A DNA stretch of 64,000 bases, from assembly GCA_036630325.1 (NCBI GenBank), contig CP142726.1, forward strand, positions 62,001 to 126,000. The letters run 5' to 3'. Positions 62,507-64,000 of this stretch are shown here, one piece after another. Under the pieces are notes generated by a model. That model saw nothing but the letters and a program-made list of their open reading frames with translations, was not told the origin of the DNA and made no database searches. Each line of letters opens with the position of its first letter. The stretch's first letter is position 1. The position numbers and the translations under genes were made by a program. The DNA comes from Vairimorpha necatrix. Lineage: Eukaryota.

Positions 62507-64000
62507 TAAGTTTCGGAAAAAAAATTCTATTTATAATAACTTTAAAACAAATCAATATACCGACAAATTAAAATAATTTTATGATATAAATATTTTGTTT
62601 CAAAATTATAAAAATTACTAACTAAATTCATTTTTTATTAATTAGTATTTATTGTTGTACTTATCAAAATAAAAAAAAATTTGAAGTATTTGATATCATT
62701 ATTTGTTATAGGACTCATGTTTTATTTTTACAAGTTTGTGATGAAATAGATTTACATATTTTTTGTTTTTAAAAACAAAATTGTAACACAACAAATTTAT
62801 GACTACATTGTATTTTTAAAAATTCCCAAAATTTAAAAAAAAATTACTTGTCAATTTTTTTGAACAAATTATCAATTTAATAAAATTTACATACATTAGT
62901 CAATAAAGCACAAACTTTGCAAATATAAACTAAAAATATTTATCATATAAGTTGAAGTTAATTTCATCAATATCTAAAAAAATATTTTATTCAAATAAAA
63001 TTTGATTTTTCTGTTCCTTTCAAGAAAATGATTTATAAATTGTATTTTACATAGAATAAAATTATATTTAGGTTAATTTTTCAATATTTCCGAATAATGT
63101 ACTCTAAATTTAATTCATTTTTGCCATCAAATATTTGTAAAATTGGGACTTAAATAGTTATATTATCGATTTCGCATTAAATAAGCCTATTGTATAGCTT
63201 ATTGAAGAAATAAAATTCATTTGTTTTTTTATGTTTTGGAATTTGTTAAATGAATTTATAATTCTAATGCCAGTTCTCAATATTACTACTACAATATGTT
63301 ATTAGACTGAACAAACACTTATGATTATATGCGAAATTATGAGAATTACTTGATACAGTATGTGGTGAGGGCAATGCTGTGAAATTAAAAAGAAAATTAA
63401 ATTTATAGGGAGCCTAACGCATATCAAATATAAAAATGTCAATTTCGAGACATTAGACATGATGTTCTCAAAATATTCGAAATCAACAACTCCATTTTAT
63501 ATTCCAACAAAGTAGACCATAATATTTTCATTTAGGTGAAGAAAAGATATGATTTTTACCTATAATTATAAAAAAAACAAAAATTATGAGTATATTTGTG
63601 ATTGAAAGCACAATCATAATACGCGGCATATATTTTAAAAAAAAGTTTTAATTTAAAAAAAAATTATCTTTGGGTGGTTCGGATAATAAAAAAAAATCAA
63701 TTTATCTTTTATAAAGCAATCAATTATCAAATTTGAAAAAACAATCCGTACAATAACGCTATATATGGTATTAAATATTATAAACAACTTAAAGGCAAGT
63801 TTTTTTCCATTATTTTGGCATAAAGTAGACAGTAAGAAAAAGCAATAAAACATGTAGTTAAACGTATATACAGCAAGATAAAAAAATGTATCTTTACTTT
63901 TTTTTAATATTTATATTTAATATTCTTTACATAATGTTTCCATATGTTTGGTAATAAATCTAAAATACGTTACCTTCACTTACAAAATAAAAATCAACCG

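Noticed and set aside
1-64000. tRNA, rRNA or prokaryote-type defence systems
   Set aside because: No cloverleaf, rRNA-like segment or operon structure was seen by eye. tRNAscan-SE or Infernal would be needed to exclude small RNAs.

Overview
AT-rich, intron-poor eukaryotic DNA, very probably from a large-genome microsporidian. A CCC run lies a few bases upstream of most credible ATGs (1762, 9302, 17201, 29009, 34517, 39913, 42611, 52136, 53854, 56108), usually with a TATA-like tract further up. Positions 1-51 kb are gene-poor and full of transposable elements. They hold three lineage-specific paralog families in birth-and-death (A: predicted type-I membrane proteins; B and C: predicted secreted proteins) and a HECT E3 ligase with an N-terminal hydrophobic anchor. 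The mobile elements are three whole Merlin/IS1595-type transposons plus an orphan end, a piggyBac-type MITE, a Ty3/Gypsy derivative with an in-frame Gag-integrase fusion, candidate solo LTRs, two REL-endonuclease non-LTR fragments and a decayed Ginger2/KRBA2-like integrase. The most striking object is an apparently intact 3,176-bp Ty3/Gypsy element (48012-51187). Its LTRs are only 48/49 bp, its Gag is tiny, it has no recognisable protease, and its likely start codon lies inside the LTR behind a host-type CCC motif. Positions 52-56 kb form a compact core island (probable CenH3/CENP-A, Swi5/Sae3, two unknown genes), followed by small secreted-protein genes and a decayed MULE. All homology calls come from motif recognition by eye; no searches were run.
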